DNA from: Yuukianura sp. NJ FZ-2021
Lineage: Eukaryota
Direction: 5' to 3'
DNA: 64,000 bases
NCBI GenBank assembly: GCA_046563655.1
Contig: CM102286.1
Coordinates: 8,370,001 to 8,434,000, forward strand
Shown here: positions 26,696 through 37,586 of the stretch, piece after piece
How the letters are laid out: each line of letters starts with the position of its first letter
Numbering within the stretch: the stretch's first letter is position 1
Program-made: the position numbers and the translations under genes
Notes under the pieces: model-generated
What the model saw: the letters and a program-made list of their open reading frames with translations, nothing else
Database searches by the model: none
Told to the model about the DNA's origin: nothing

Positions 26696-28689
26696 CGTAA
26701 AATCGTTTCATGTTTTGTCTTAGTTCGTCTAGCGTTGCTGGGAATTTGACGTATTTCTTGGAAAGCCTTGCCAATATTGGAACTACTATTTTAATTATGG
26801 AGCATGCGGTAGATTTTCCACCTCCAAACATGTCACCAATTACGAGCTGAAATATTCCGGTGGCAAGAAAATGAAGAGTAATGAGCAGTTGGTTTATTTG
26901 CGTTACGCTATATTGTTGCGATCAAGATCATATTGAAGAAGATGTTCAATCTGTTAAGAATTTAAGATTCAATTTTGGATGTTTTTGCTGCAATTTTTGA
27001 TGAATCAATTTTGATGATATCTTACTAACAATACTTAAGTTATAAATAGCTGACCTCACAAATCACTTTTAGTTGTCGCTTTTGTAAGTCGGAACCGTTC
27101 CCTAAATTCATCATCATCGTACTGTTCGAATAGATGTTTTGTTTTGCCAGAACATAGTAGGTCAGGGAGGGAGTGTTTGGATGTTGTCCAGTAATTCCAG
27201 CTCATCATCCGAACTGTCATGCCGGGTTAGCATGATACTGGAATAACTGTAGTTGAGAAACATGTATTATAAGTTCCACCGTTAGTTATTATTTACCTAA
27301 TAATAAATTATTTACTTTGCTTACGATTTCTGTGTATTTTAAAGCTGGTCAGTTTAACCCACTTTTTTAATCTCCTGCTAACTCACTACCCGAGGAAATT
27401 CGTCCAGTTAAATTTAAACTCCGTTTAAGGAATTTAAACGCCGGTTAAACTTTAACCGGCGTTGGCTGAACCCAAAAAATTTAACCGGAGTTTAAATCCG
27501 AGTTTAAACTCAGTTTAAATTTAACTTGCAATGGACGAACCGGGCATTAATATCGGATCAGACGATCATTTTCACATAGTATTAGACGCAGGATCGCGAC
27601 AAACTTTTGATGTCAAAGGTGAACGCGAGGTTCATATACAACCAGCATAGGCTCTCAACCGATTCTGAAAATAAATTATCCAAAAAATTTTGATAATTAA
27701 AAAAAATTGACATGAGTTTCCTTTCCCAACGAAAAAATAAGATTATCCCGCGGTCTTAGGTTAGCCACCGCGGTGGATTTGAACCACGGCCAGGCGATGA
27801 AGGTTACAGTTAAATTTTTTCCTCAATTTTGCAGTGAGCACAAGTGCTAATTTTTTTTTTTTGCCACTTTAGTGATCTGTCATGAGGTTTAGTTATCTTC
27901 GACTTTTGAATTTTTAATAATTTTTTATGTTTTATAACAACTTGCATATCAGGCAAAGCTGGAGTTCGATCTTATCTAGGTCAAACTTTTTTTTCGCGTT
28001 GAGAGACGAAATTAGTGTCAAATTTTCTCTTTAATTACAATAGATTTTTTGTGAGTAGTAGTCCCATAATTTTTTGGTAAGTTTAAAGCCTCTGCGCTGC
28101 AAACTTGGTAACCTCAGTCTTTGTTCGCGACCGATAGTGCAGGGAGGCACGCGTAGTACCAGTGCGCAGTGTTCCGTAAAAAGTGCGACTTTTAACTTTG
28201 TGCTGTGCTGTTTTTGCTTTAAATTACCTTTTTGTTCTTTGCTTGAATTGCTTAGAATGCAAATAGCGCTGTACATGTACAAATACATGGTAGGATAATT
28301 ATTCAATTACGAAATCATTCTGATTTTAATCTCAGTTTTACTTAAAAGAAGTCTGTTTTAGTTATAGTATTCATTAATTATGATTAAAAAAAACACAACC
28401 AAAAACTAAAAACAGCAGAAAGCAAGAAAACCCGTGTTTTCTATATTTACTGTAAAAGCAACTTCTTTAAAGCATCTCGGAGCACTGCCACAGTACATGA
28501 ACTCGAAAATAATGATAATTTCATTTATGACGACCATTTGTGGAGGGAAATATAACCTTCAGCCCAATTTGAACAAATCTGTGTAATTTTTTGATAACTT
28601 TTGCCATTTTTGATGAAAAAATTGACATATTTTGACATATTTCAGGAAAAAAGTCCTAACAAAGTTTTAACGGTCGAAAAAGTTTTTAA

Positions 28690-28937
28690 TGGCCAGTTCT
28701 ACCATTGCCGGTTAAAGTTAAACTGAGTTTAGTGAAAACTAGTTCCATCTTTAAACTCAATTAACTTAATTATGCGTTAATTAATCTTGACATGCAAGGT
28801 ATCAAAATTCTTGTATTCCTCCGCCGGTTAAACTCCGGTTAAATTTAACCGGCCGATTTTCTCCAGTTAAATTTTTTAATCTCCGGTTAAATATTTAAAC
28901 TCCGTTTAAATTTAACCTGCAATGGTAGAACCGGGCA
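28690..28937. mobile_element. Harbinger-family MITE (248 bp)
   Basis: TAA TSD on both sides. TIRs TGGCCAGTTCTACCATTGC / GCAATGGTAGAACCGGGCA and subterminal TTAAACTCCG repeats are closely related to the ends of the 22412-27546 element. Confidence 0.85.
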
Positions 28938-30207
28938 TAAAAGTCCTCAAAGTGCTAAAATTGCTAAAGAAAAAGTTTTTACGTACTTATTTGATCTCTG
29001 ATTATAATACATATGAACCTGAGTTGTTAATTACACTGTTGCATTATGAACTTGCCGAAGCATAAATTGAGTTGAACGGCACACACTGCCACTTGATTTG
29101 CTATGGTATTTCAAGAATCCATTCATGATCATGTCACGCACGATCATCATATCTTTTGCCTCTTCTTTGAACACTATAGCTGGATGGGTAAACAGTTTTG
29201 ATGTCACAACCGCTCACCTGTGCATAGCTTGGATCGCCGAGCCAAGCGCGCCGAGCGTATAGAAACTTTAGCGATTCGATCCAAGTCAGTAAATTTTTGT
29301 CGCGATCCGAACCGAGCCGAGCCAAAAAGGAAAGTCAGCGATCCGCGATCCGAGCCGAGTCAGAAATTTTTTTCGCGATCCGAATCGAGCCGAGCCAAGA
29401 AGGAAAGTCAGCGATCCACGATCCGAGCAAGCAAATTTTGTTAGCGAGCCGAAATAGCCAAAAAAACAGCTGCTAGGATCGCTGACTCGCTAAACTCCAC
29501 TGTTGGTTCGGCGATCCAATGACTAAAAAGCATGAGGGGAGCCCTATTGTGTTATAATCCCAGTTTACAATCGATAAACATTACAAAACGACAACTCGAG
29601 AGATACATAACATAAATAGACAATTAATTATACATACAAAGTATTAGTTATTTATTACTATAAATTGTTACAAATATACAAACAATAATCAATAGAATAA
29701 TTAATAGTGTATTAACCTAAATAACATTGTATTGTTAACATTACAGTGTCTGATGTAAATTAATTTATTAATCCAATTTGTAATCATACGCGATATACTG
29801 TGTTCTGAAATGAAGGCTATTTCTAAAGGTTGCTCGCTATTTGGAGAGAAATAACTTTTATTCAGAAATAAAGTTTTGGGTTGAATGAACTCTGGTTCGT
29901 TCGCAGAACGAACAGAGTTCCGTTATGTTTGAAAATTGGAATTGTAGTGAGTTTTTGAGGTCACGGCCGAGTCCTTTTTATAGGGACTCGACACGCGCCG
30001 AGTTAATTACATGCAGATCTAATGTAAACTACATTGTGCAAAGAACAAAAGACTGAAGACTAAAATACAGTTTGAAAATCTATTTTTAAATACAAAACTA
30101 GTTGTAACTGGATTACATGTGCAAAAACTAGGATTCGCAGAAAGAACAAAAGATTAATAATTAACATAATCTGGAGAATGAGTTTGCTTCACAACATTTC
30201 CCTACCG

Positions 30208-30745
30208 TTAGTTGGGAAACTCTCCTGAGTTTCGAGAAACGGGAAGTAGTGGACAATCCTTACGTTTGTGGCCGATTTGACTGCAGATGAAGCAGGGTTT
30301 TGGGCGATGTCGCTGTGGGTATTCCGGGGTCATTGAACGGAGAGTGGCTCGTAGGTCAAGGGCACGGAAGATGCAACTTTTCGCGTTGTGACCACGCCTG
30401 CAACACCAGTCGCAACGGTTTGTGTTTTCTTCGGGATGTGAAATGTCCAGTAGAAATGGCATCGTAGGAGATCCGGAAGTTGAAGATGAAGTGGAGATGG
30501 TTGGAGAAGGGGCACTCTGTGTCATCTGGAGTTCCCGCATCTGACCTGTAAAAATAAAAGAAAAATATATTAGAGATGAAATGTACATAATAAAAATTGG
30601 AGTTAGGGAAGGGAATGGAGAGTGCGGACGTGAACTTAAGTGACCTGTAAAGGTCAAAAGTTGCCTTACGTAAGACTTCTTCGTCAATTTGACGAAGATG
30701 CACATCTTCTGCGTCTACGTCCATTGTAGTAGGTCCACTCTCCAT
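30208..30745 (-). CDS. Spliced double CCHC zinc-knuckle protein inside the LTR element (~130-137 aa)
   Basis: Exon 30745 (or 30724)-30670, 124-nt intron C|GTAAGG...TTTTCTTTTATTTTTACAG|GT, exon 30545-30208. The join is in frame (EEVL-R-QMRELQ). Encodes CDWCCRRGHNAKSC and CFICSQIGHKRKDC. The stop abuts the PPT. Confidence 0.7.
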
Positions 30746-31127
30746 AACGGTCTGGTGGTTTCCTTGTACGTCCAGTTCTTCTTGGAGGAGTCGGTTCGTT
30801 GACCTTTGACTTGGCAGGAGCAAGAAGAGACGGGTCTTCTTTTTCAGATGATGAAGATGAAACTGGAGTGACAACTGCTTCGTCATCCTCAGGCTCTTTT
30901 ATAGCCTTGGGGTCATCGGCACTGTCAATGTCACTTTGTGTTTTTGCACGAGCACTGTGACTACGTGACTTCGAATGTCCAGAATGTCCAGGCAATGACC
31001 TGTAACTGGAACTATGAGGATTTGAATTCTGACTGTGTGAACTTTTGTCACTAATTTGACTAACAGCAGTAGACTTGGATTCTCTGCTGGAAATTTGCTT
31101 ATCCTTTTTGTTTACCTCAGTAAACAC
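30684..31127 (-). pseudogene. Low-complexity ORF ending in a Gypsy integrase C-terminal-like motif (pol remnant)
   Basis: Ser/Lys-rich 147 codons containing PRRTGRTRKPPDRYGEW, matching the RRSxRxxxxPxRY motif common at Gypsy Pol C-termini. No ATG at the ORF start and no catalytic core. Confidence 0.6.
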
Positions 31128-33530
31128 TGTGGGGTGAGACGAATCGGCGGACTTAGCCGATTTCGCGCAGTTTTAATTAATTTTGCAACTTTTTGTTTAA
31201 AACAAGTTTATTTTTCGCAAAAAGACAATGACACACACCAAGTTACTCTACAGTTCAATTTTGGCTTTTCGCCGACTGTTTTTTGAGTTTGAATTTGCTC
31301 GGTTGAGGTTTTCCTCACCTTTTGAGCAAACTCTATGGCGGCGCATCATCGAATCATGATTTTGGTTTTGATTTAAACAGTCAGATGCAATGTGATAATA
31401 ATTTTGATAAATTACGTGTACTGTACATTTGAGGCAACGTTATCTCAAATTTAAGTCTCAGAGGTAATTTTTATTTTTAGTTACATTACTTGGAATTGCG
31501 TAACTGAGGTTTATTTTCCTCAGCTTTTGGCAAAACTCAGAGGTAATTTTGTTGGCAATTATTACTTGAATTTGCAATTAACCTTTGAATTTTCCCGCAA
31601 TTTTCAGCAAATCTCAGAGGTCAAATTTAATAATTTTGTTTTTGACGTGTATTTGTGAAAATGGGCTTAATTCAATTGTTATTGACAAATTTCAGAGGTA
31701 ATTTAATACCAGTTGTATAATTTTTTAATAAATTGTCTGGGTTTGTTTACCCTAGTCAGTTAAATTAGCAATGCCTTTATGTTCCTCCATATTATTTTGG
31801 ACCCTGCATTTTGAGTCCTCAAATGGAGTTTGGAGTTTTAGGTCATTTGCTTATTTACAGGTGATTTGAATTTCACCTCAGAATTTGAACTAAACTTGAT
31901 TTTTAAAAGTCCGTTGTTGTTTTGTTGTGTTTTGAGTTTTTAGAAACTCGAATTTTTGTATGGAGGTCAATCGGGGTCAACACAATGCTGAAAGCATTGG
32001 CTACCCTCTCCTCCTTAGTTTGGCATAAATTTTGAAAATTTGACCTCATCTGGGTCAAAAGAATTATTTTTGATTTGACCTTTATCAAGGTCAACATGAT
32101 TTTTCAAAATTTTGTCGAAGTTTGACCTCATTGGGGTCAAATAAATGTTTGTCATGTGATTTGACCTTTTCAAGGTCAACAAGTTTTTGTAAAAATAATT
32201 TTTTATTCATTATAAACATTTTATAAAATGAGAAGAATTGAACATTTTTTTGTTATAGTATGAATAACTCATAGAGATCTTTTCCTAAGGGTAGGCTTCC
32301 CAAGATTGAGCAGGTTATTATTTTTATTATTTGTTATTATTTTTATTTATTGTTATTATATTATTTTTTATTTATTTGACCTTACGTGACCTCTATGGGG
32401 TCAACGTAATTTCTTATGTAAAAACGATTTTTAGTGATAAGAATCACTAGATGAAGGTTTGCAGCATTTTTGCTGTCCAAACCACTATTGATGCATGTGC
32501 ATCCCACCTCAGGTCAACAGGTCAACGTTCCTCTGGCCTCTAAAAGAAGCTCTGAACGGACCACCGCCATGAGGTCAAAACCCGTGGTCGACGCCGAAGC
32601 GGACCCGGTGGGTTTTGTGAAAGCATTTGTTGAGGTGGGGCACGAGGTCATCGATATCTCGTCCACCATTGTTCTGAAATGAAGGCTATTTCTAAAGGTT
32701 GCTCGCTATTTGGAGAGAAATAACTTTTATTCAGAAATAAAGTTTTGGGTTGAATGAACTCTGGTTCGTTCGCAGAACGAACAGAGTTCCGTTATGTTTG
32801 AAAATTGGAATTGTAGTGAGTTTTTGAGGTCACGGCCGAGTCCTTTTTATAGGGACTCGACACGCGCCGAGTTAATTACATGCAGATCTAATGTAAACTA
32901 CATTGTGCAAAGAACAAAAGACTGAAGACTAAAATACAGTTTGAAAATCTATTTTTAAATACAAAACTAGTTGTAACTGGATTACATGTGCAAAAACTAG
33001 GATTCGCAGAAAGAACAAAAGATTAATAATTAACATAATCTGGAGAATGAGTTTGCTTCACAACAACTGGTACTGGTGTGCTCGAATAAAGAACAGCAAA
33101 GACTCTTCAAGTCAACATGAGATCGATGGATATCATATGTTGTTACCCATATCCCTAATTGCAAAGAAGCGACCCACTCTTTTCCCTCCTTCTCTGAGCA
33201 AAGAGCGAAACTTCTTTATCGACACGTTTTTCATTGCAAACATTATTTGAATTATTTGAATTTAACTGTTTAATTAGTAATTAGGCAATCCGTTGCGCAA
33301 TAACAGAATGACAATGTTAACTCTTGTATCAGGTGTACCCACGGAATGTAACCACCGCTGCTGTTATACTTTCGTATCTACCGAGAGTAGTTAATTGGCG
33401 GTTACAATCACATATTATCGCGTGGTTGGGGAGGGGAAAGCACGGTGTCGGTTACACTGGGGGGGGGGGTGATAGGTAATTTATTTGTTTAAATAAATTT
33501 AATGATAGTATCTAATTAAACTAATTCAAC

Positions 33531-33772
<242 letters not shown>

Positions 33773-34300
33773 TTCAGTTTGCTAGTATTCTGTTTATTGT
33801 TGTATTAAGCTGTACTGTAATAATATAAATGCAATAATAACGATATATTGTTAGTGTTATAGTTTAACGTTAGTGAAATTATAATATGATTCATAACAAA
33901 TAATAAATAAAATAATTATGTGAATTTGGTTAGGCATACACTATCAAAGGGTATGCTGTAAAAATTCAGAATTTGATGTAATTACAAACCTTATCGCCCC
34001 TCGCACTGCTGAAAGTTAGTTGGATCGCTCCTTCAGCGATCCAGTGCCTGGCTTTTGTTGGCTCGGCGAGCCGATCCAAAAACTTTTTGGCTCGATCCGC
34101 GATGCGAGCCGAGCCACACAATGAAGTCCGCGATCCGAGCCGACCCGAACCATTCAAACACCGCGATCCGATCCGAGCCTGGTTCGCTGGCTCGCCTCGG
34201 CTGGCTTCTGCGATCCAGCCTGGATCGTTATTTTGGCTCGTGCACAGCTGTGCATCTGCCTTCGTAACCTACGAACGAAGTTGTTCGGTTATTCTATGTG

Positions 34301-35092
34301 CCGTAAATCTTCAAATAATGCCCCCGGGGCACTATTTCTTTCGACGACCCTAGAGGGAGGGGTACTAATAGGGACATGGGGCACTATTAGAGTCAGAGAT
34401 GAAATGTAGTTTTGGCCGGGAATGCTCCGGATTGTCGTCAATTAGCAACACAAAATCGCTGGTTTATTTGAATTTGTAATATATTCGAGTATAATTTCTG
34501 TGTTTTCACTATAAATTTAATATTTCTGTGACTTTGTTAGAATTAGAACGTTCAATTGCGGCAATTTTAATCCGTTTTCACTCTGTTGAACTCTCAAAAT
34601 TTAACATAAACCGCCTTATTACATCTCGAACTGCTGAAATTCCATCGGTATTTTCATCAATTTTGTGTCGCACAGAAGATTGTAACTTACTAGAAACTGG
34701 GTAAAATACAAAACAAATGGCAATTCAAAACACAAAATTGTAGATTACACACGAGGTAGGCAGACAAACTGAAACCAAAATGGCAAAGGTTGGATTTTGC
34801 AATGACAAATTTCAGAGTAAGGTTAACCTAACCGAAAGTAAAGCCTAACCGAAATTTTTTACCTCGGTTTGTGCAATTGCCATTTGTTTTGTATTTTGCG
34901 CAGTTTCTAAGTTAAGTACTCAATGGTATTTGAATATAATTAAATTAATTAGACTTTGAGGATAAATTGAAAATGGGGGGGGGCACTATTAGGGAGGGGC
35001 ACTATTTCTTTCGAGACCTCCCTCCCGGGAGAGGGGCACTAATAGGGACATGGGGCATTATTTGAGGAAGGGGCATTATTTGAAGATTTACG
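34301..35092. mobile_element. pogo/Tc1-like MITE with GGGGCACTA subterminal repeats
   Basis: TIR CCGTAAATCTTCAAATAATGCCCC / GGGGCATTATTTGAAGATTTACG. Right flank TA, left flank TG. Contains a further inverted pair at ~34690-34910 (TAGAAACTG..AAAATACAAAACAAATGGCAATT). Confidence 0.7.
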
Positions 35093-36210
35093 TATTGGTA
35101 CTGAATGAAAATAACCTGTTTAGTATTATTAGTATTTAGGAATGAATTAAGCGATACACTGATACTATTCATTCACAAAACTCACAGGTCTCCTGTCCGG
35201 TCCATGTCCCTAGCCAATCGGGTGTAGTTCGCTACATTGTAATTTTGTTGGAAAGGTATTTCATTGGCTTACTTTAATCATCATACAGAAGAACTACTAT
35301 ACCACACGAGAGTCCCGGTCCGGTCAGCCGTTCCGGTAAACACCACACAGTAAGAAAATTAATGTAATTTCTTATGTTAAATTGCAAAATTACAATGTGA
35401 TGGTGCAAATATTGTTTTATGTAGAGTTGAGATTTAGTATTTTTAGTCTATTCAGCCATTTACTTATTTCAGCCACGACAAATTGAGTCAGGCGGGAGGG
35501 CGGGTCTACTTAACTTAGGCAGGACAATCGGGTCACTACCGACACCGATTGTTCTCCTTTGAAAATTCAATTTCCAAGACTGGTTTTAGGATCGAGTGAA
35601 TGTAAATGAATCACTCAGTAATTATGCCAACCAATCAGTGTCTCTGGTCTTTGAGTGCTGGTACGGTACATGGCTGACGGTGACGGTAATTATGGGATAG
35701 TGATCTTTAGATCTTTGTATTGCATTTGAAAGAGTTTTGGATGGGATAATTGAATTTGGGAACTAACTGTGGATTTTATTCTGAATTGTTCCAGCTTTGA
35801 AGTTGCAGTAAGATGAAGATGAAATGAAGGTTAGAGGATCAAAATCTGAAGAAAAAGTTATCGTTTCGAGACGTTCAAGATAGTGTTGACGACACGGAGT
35901 TGTTCGTATTACTCGAAGTTTCTTCGGAGTAAGATCCGCCTTGACTCCATTTCACGTGAGTTACGCCAACATTTGTACAGTCGGTAGGCATATGTGTCTA
36001 ACGTTAGCATTTGTAGAATTATTTCTCAAGAGGTGTACCAAACACCACAATCACAATGGCTTTTGTGTTTGGTACACCGTCGGGTCTCGGCTCTCGGGTG
36101 GTCGGGTTGGGCCGCAATGATTCCGCCCACGCCGTCCACACCCGGAACGCTTATTAAGTTTAGCGCGTCTCAGCTGAAACAAATCAGATTGAAATATTCA
36201 CACTGAATTA

Positions 36211-36850
36211 CCCTATTTTCTCGCAGATAAGACGCGTCTTATCTGTGAAATTTCGCAAAAATTTGCTAGGAAATTTTTTTTTTCGCTCAAAACTGACGAT
36301 TTTTGTTAAAAATATGTAGGAATTGTCGGCAAATGTGCAAAAATCTACTCGAATGGTTTTAAACTAATTTTAGTTAATCAAATCGAGGATTTTGGCATGG
36401 TTCTGGTTCTGGTTCTTGACAATTCAAATTAGCGCGTATTTTCGTGCATATTTAAAAAATGTTTTGAAAAAATTGTATCTAACTTGCAAACTTTTTACAG
36501 CGACATACTGAGACAATTTATGCCTTTATGTCGAGTTGAAAACAAAATTCTAAATACTGCGAGTTCGCCAAAGACAAATTTTGTCCATGGACGTTCAGTG
36601 GATGGAAAATCCACCCATTGGTCCTGTATAAACAGGGATTCGTTTTGGAATTCTGCTGTGAATGTTTTTGAGCGACTTTTTTCCACATCCGCTGTCAAGA
36701 ACCTAAACGTTAAATTTGAAGAAGTTTCAGAAGACTGGTCAAAAAAGTAAATTTTTAACTTTAAACTACATTTTCGCGCTGTTCAGGTATTTTCGAGAAT
36801 TTTGGGGTGCGTCTTATACGAGAGAGCGTCTTATCTGCGAGAAAATAGGG
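36211..36850. mobile_element. pogo/Tigger-like MITE (640 bp) upstream of the Cbl CDS
   Basis: Perfect 25-bp TIR CCCTATTTTCTCGCAGATAAGACGC with TA TSD on both sides. The internal minus-strand peptide KSRSKTFTAEFQ weakly resembles pogo N-termini. Confidence 0.85.
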
Positions 36851-37586
36851 TATTAGGGATTATTAAGAGAGTAGCGTTATCTGGGTCAAACTAAACTAGC
36901 GTGGCGTAGCGTTATCTTAGCATTTTCATCCTAATATGGGAGGCTTTGGATTAAATCTCTGAGTTAAACCAAAAGTCATTTCCGTCGAACATGAACGATG
37001 AATGACGTAGCGGAAGTGGCAACTGCCAAGCATGAGGATCAACCACAATTATTGGCGAAGGTCGCTATGGTCATTGATCGTCATTTTGTAAGAATAATTT
37101 TCCTTAAAGCTTATTCCTAAGGCTATTAATTATGCCTTGGGGGAGGAGTTTGGGAGTCATTGAATTTGCGACCTTCTCCGAATTTTGAAAGGCGTATTCT
37201 CAAAGCAAAAATGGTGCAGTTGATTGGGCCAGAAAGTCTTTAACCCGTTAACCCAGTTTTTGAGTTGTTCCGTTTTCTGTTTGAATGAAACGCGACGCTC
37301 TCAATCTACTAGATTTGATTGCAGTAGATTCTCTCACGCCTGTCTCCGTAGTACACAGTTGGTCCATGGTTAGCTTAAATATAATATCCTATTCCTAATG
37401 AGTTTTCTAACATTGGCTTATGTGTTTCAGTAAACTACACTTGTCCATACAACCTGGAATTACTGGAAATACTGCAATACCCATTGGAACCTTTCGGTGT
37501 TAAAGCGCATCGATGGCCGAGTAATTTAACTTTCCTTATCCAATTATTTCGGTTCTTATTGAACAGCGTGATATGGTACGAAGGAA

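Larger units (their letters stand above)
24930..27233 (-). pseudogene. Harbinger DDE transposase (HARBI1-like), disrupted
   Basis: Fragments read DDDEFRERFRLTK, QLLITLHFLATG.FQ...GD.FG, FYEQSGFHGLIGAMDGTHVPI, YRNRKGYFS, ARWPGSTHD, GDSGY and IVVATVVSHNIA. There are several frameshifts and stops. Removing 25610-26695 plus one TSD copy restores the frame at RFY|EQSGF. Confidence 0.9.
22412..27546. mobile_element. PIF/Harbinger DNA transposon (degenerate, with nested insertions)
   Basis: TIRs TGCCCAG[insertion]TGCGTCCATTGCAGGTTAAA and TTTAACTTGCAATGGACGAACCGGGCA. The 3-bp flanks are TCA/TTA (TWA-like TSD, 1 mismatch). Subterminal AAACTCMG/TTAAC repeats are present. Convergent Myb/SANT and DDE nuclease genes give the canonical two-gene Harbinger layout. 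Confidence 0.9.
29801..33065 (-). mobile_element. Non-autonomous Gypsy-like LTR retrotransposon, 3265 bp
   Basis: 396-bp direct repeats 29801-30196 and 32670-33065 with TG...CA ends and no differences seen by eye. 4-bp TSD ACTG. On the minus strand: PBS-like TGGTGGACGAG next to the 5' LTR, PPT GGTAGGGAAA next to the 3' LTR, and TATA and AATAAA within the LTR. No RT/RNase H/protease ORF. Confidence 0.92.

Noticed and set aside
27745..27800. Minus-strand GGTTCAAATCC (tRNA B-box-like) in a GC-rich hairpin followed by GCTAA, suggesting a tRNA, SINE or HDV-like ribozyme
   Set aside because: No A-box or cloverleaf, and the nested double-pseudoknot pairings could not be built by eye. Needs tRNAscan/Infernal.
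30356..30886. 176-aa unspliced ORF in the LTR element as a real protein
   Set aside because: It runs through an AT-rich intron-like stretch and its distal half is out of frame with the zinc knuckles; the spliced reading explains the sequence better.
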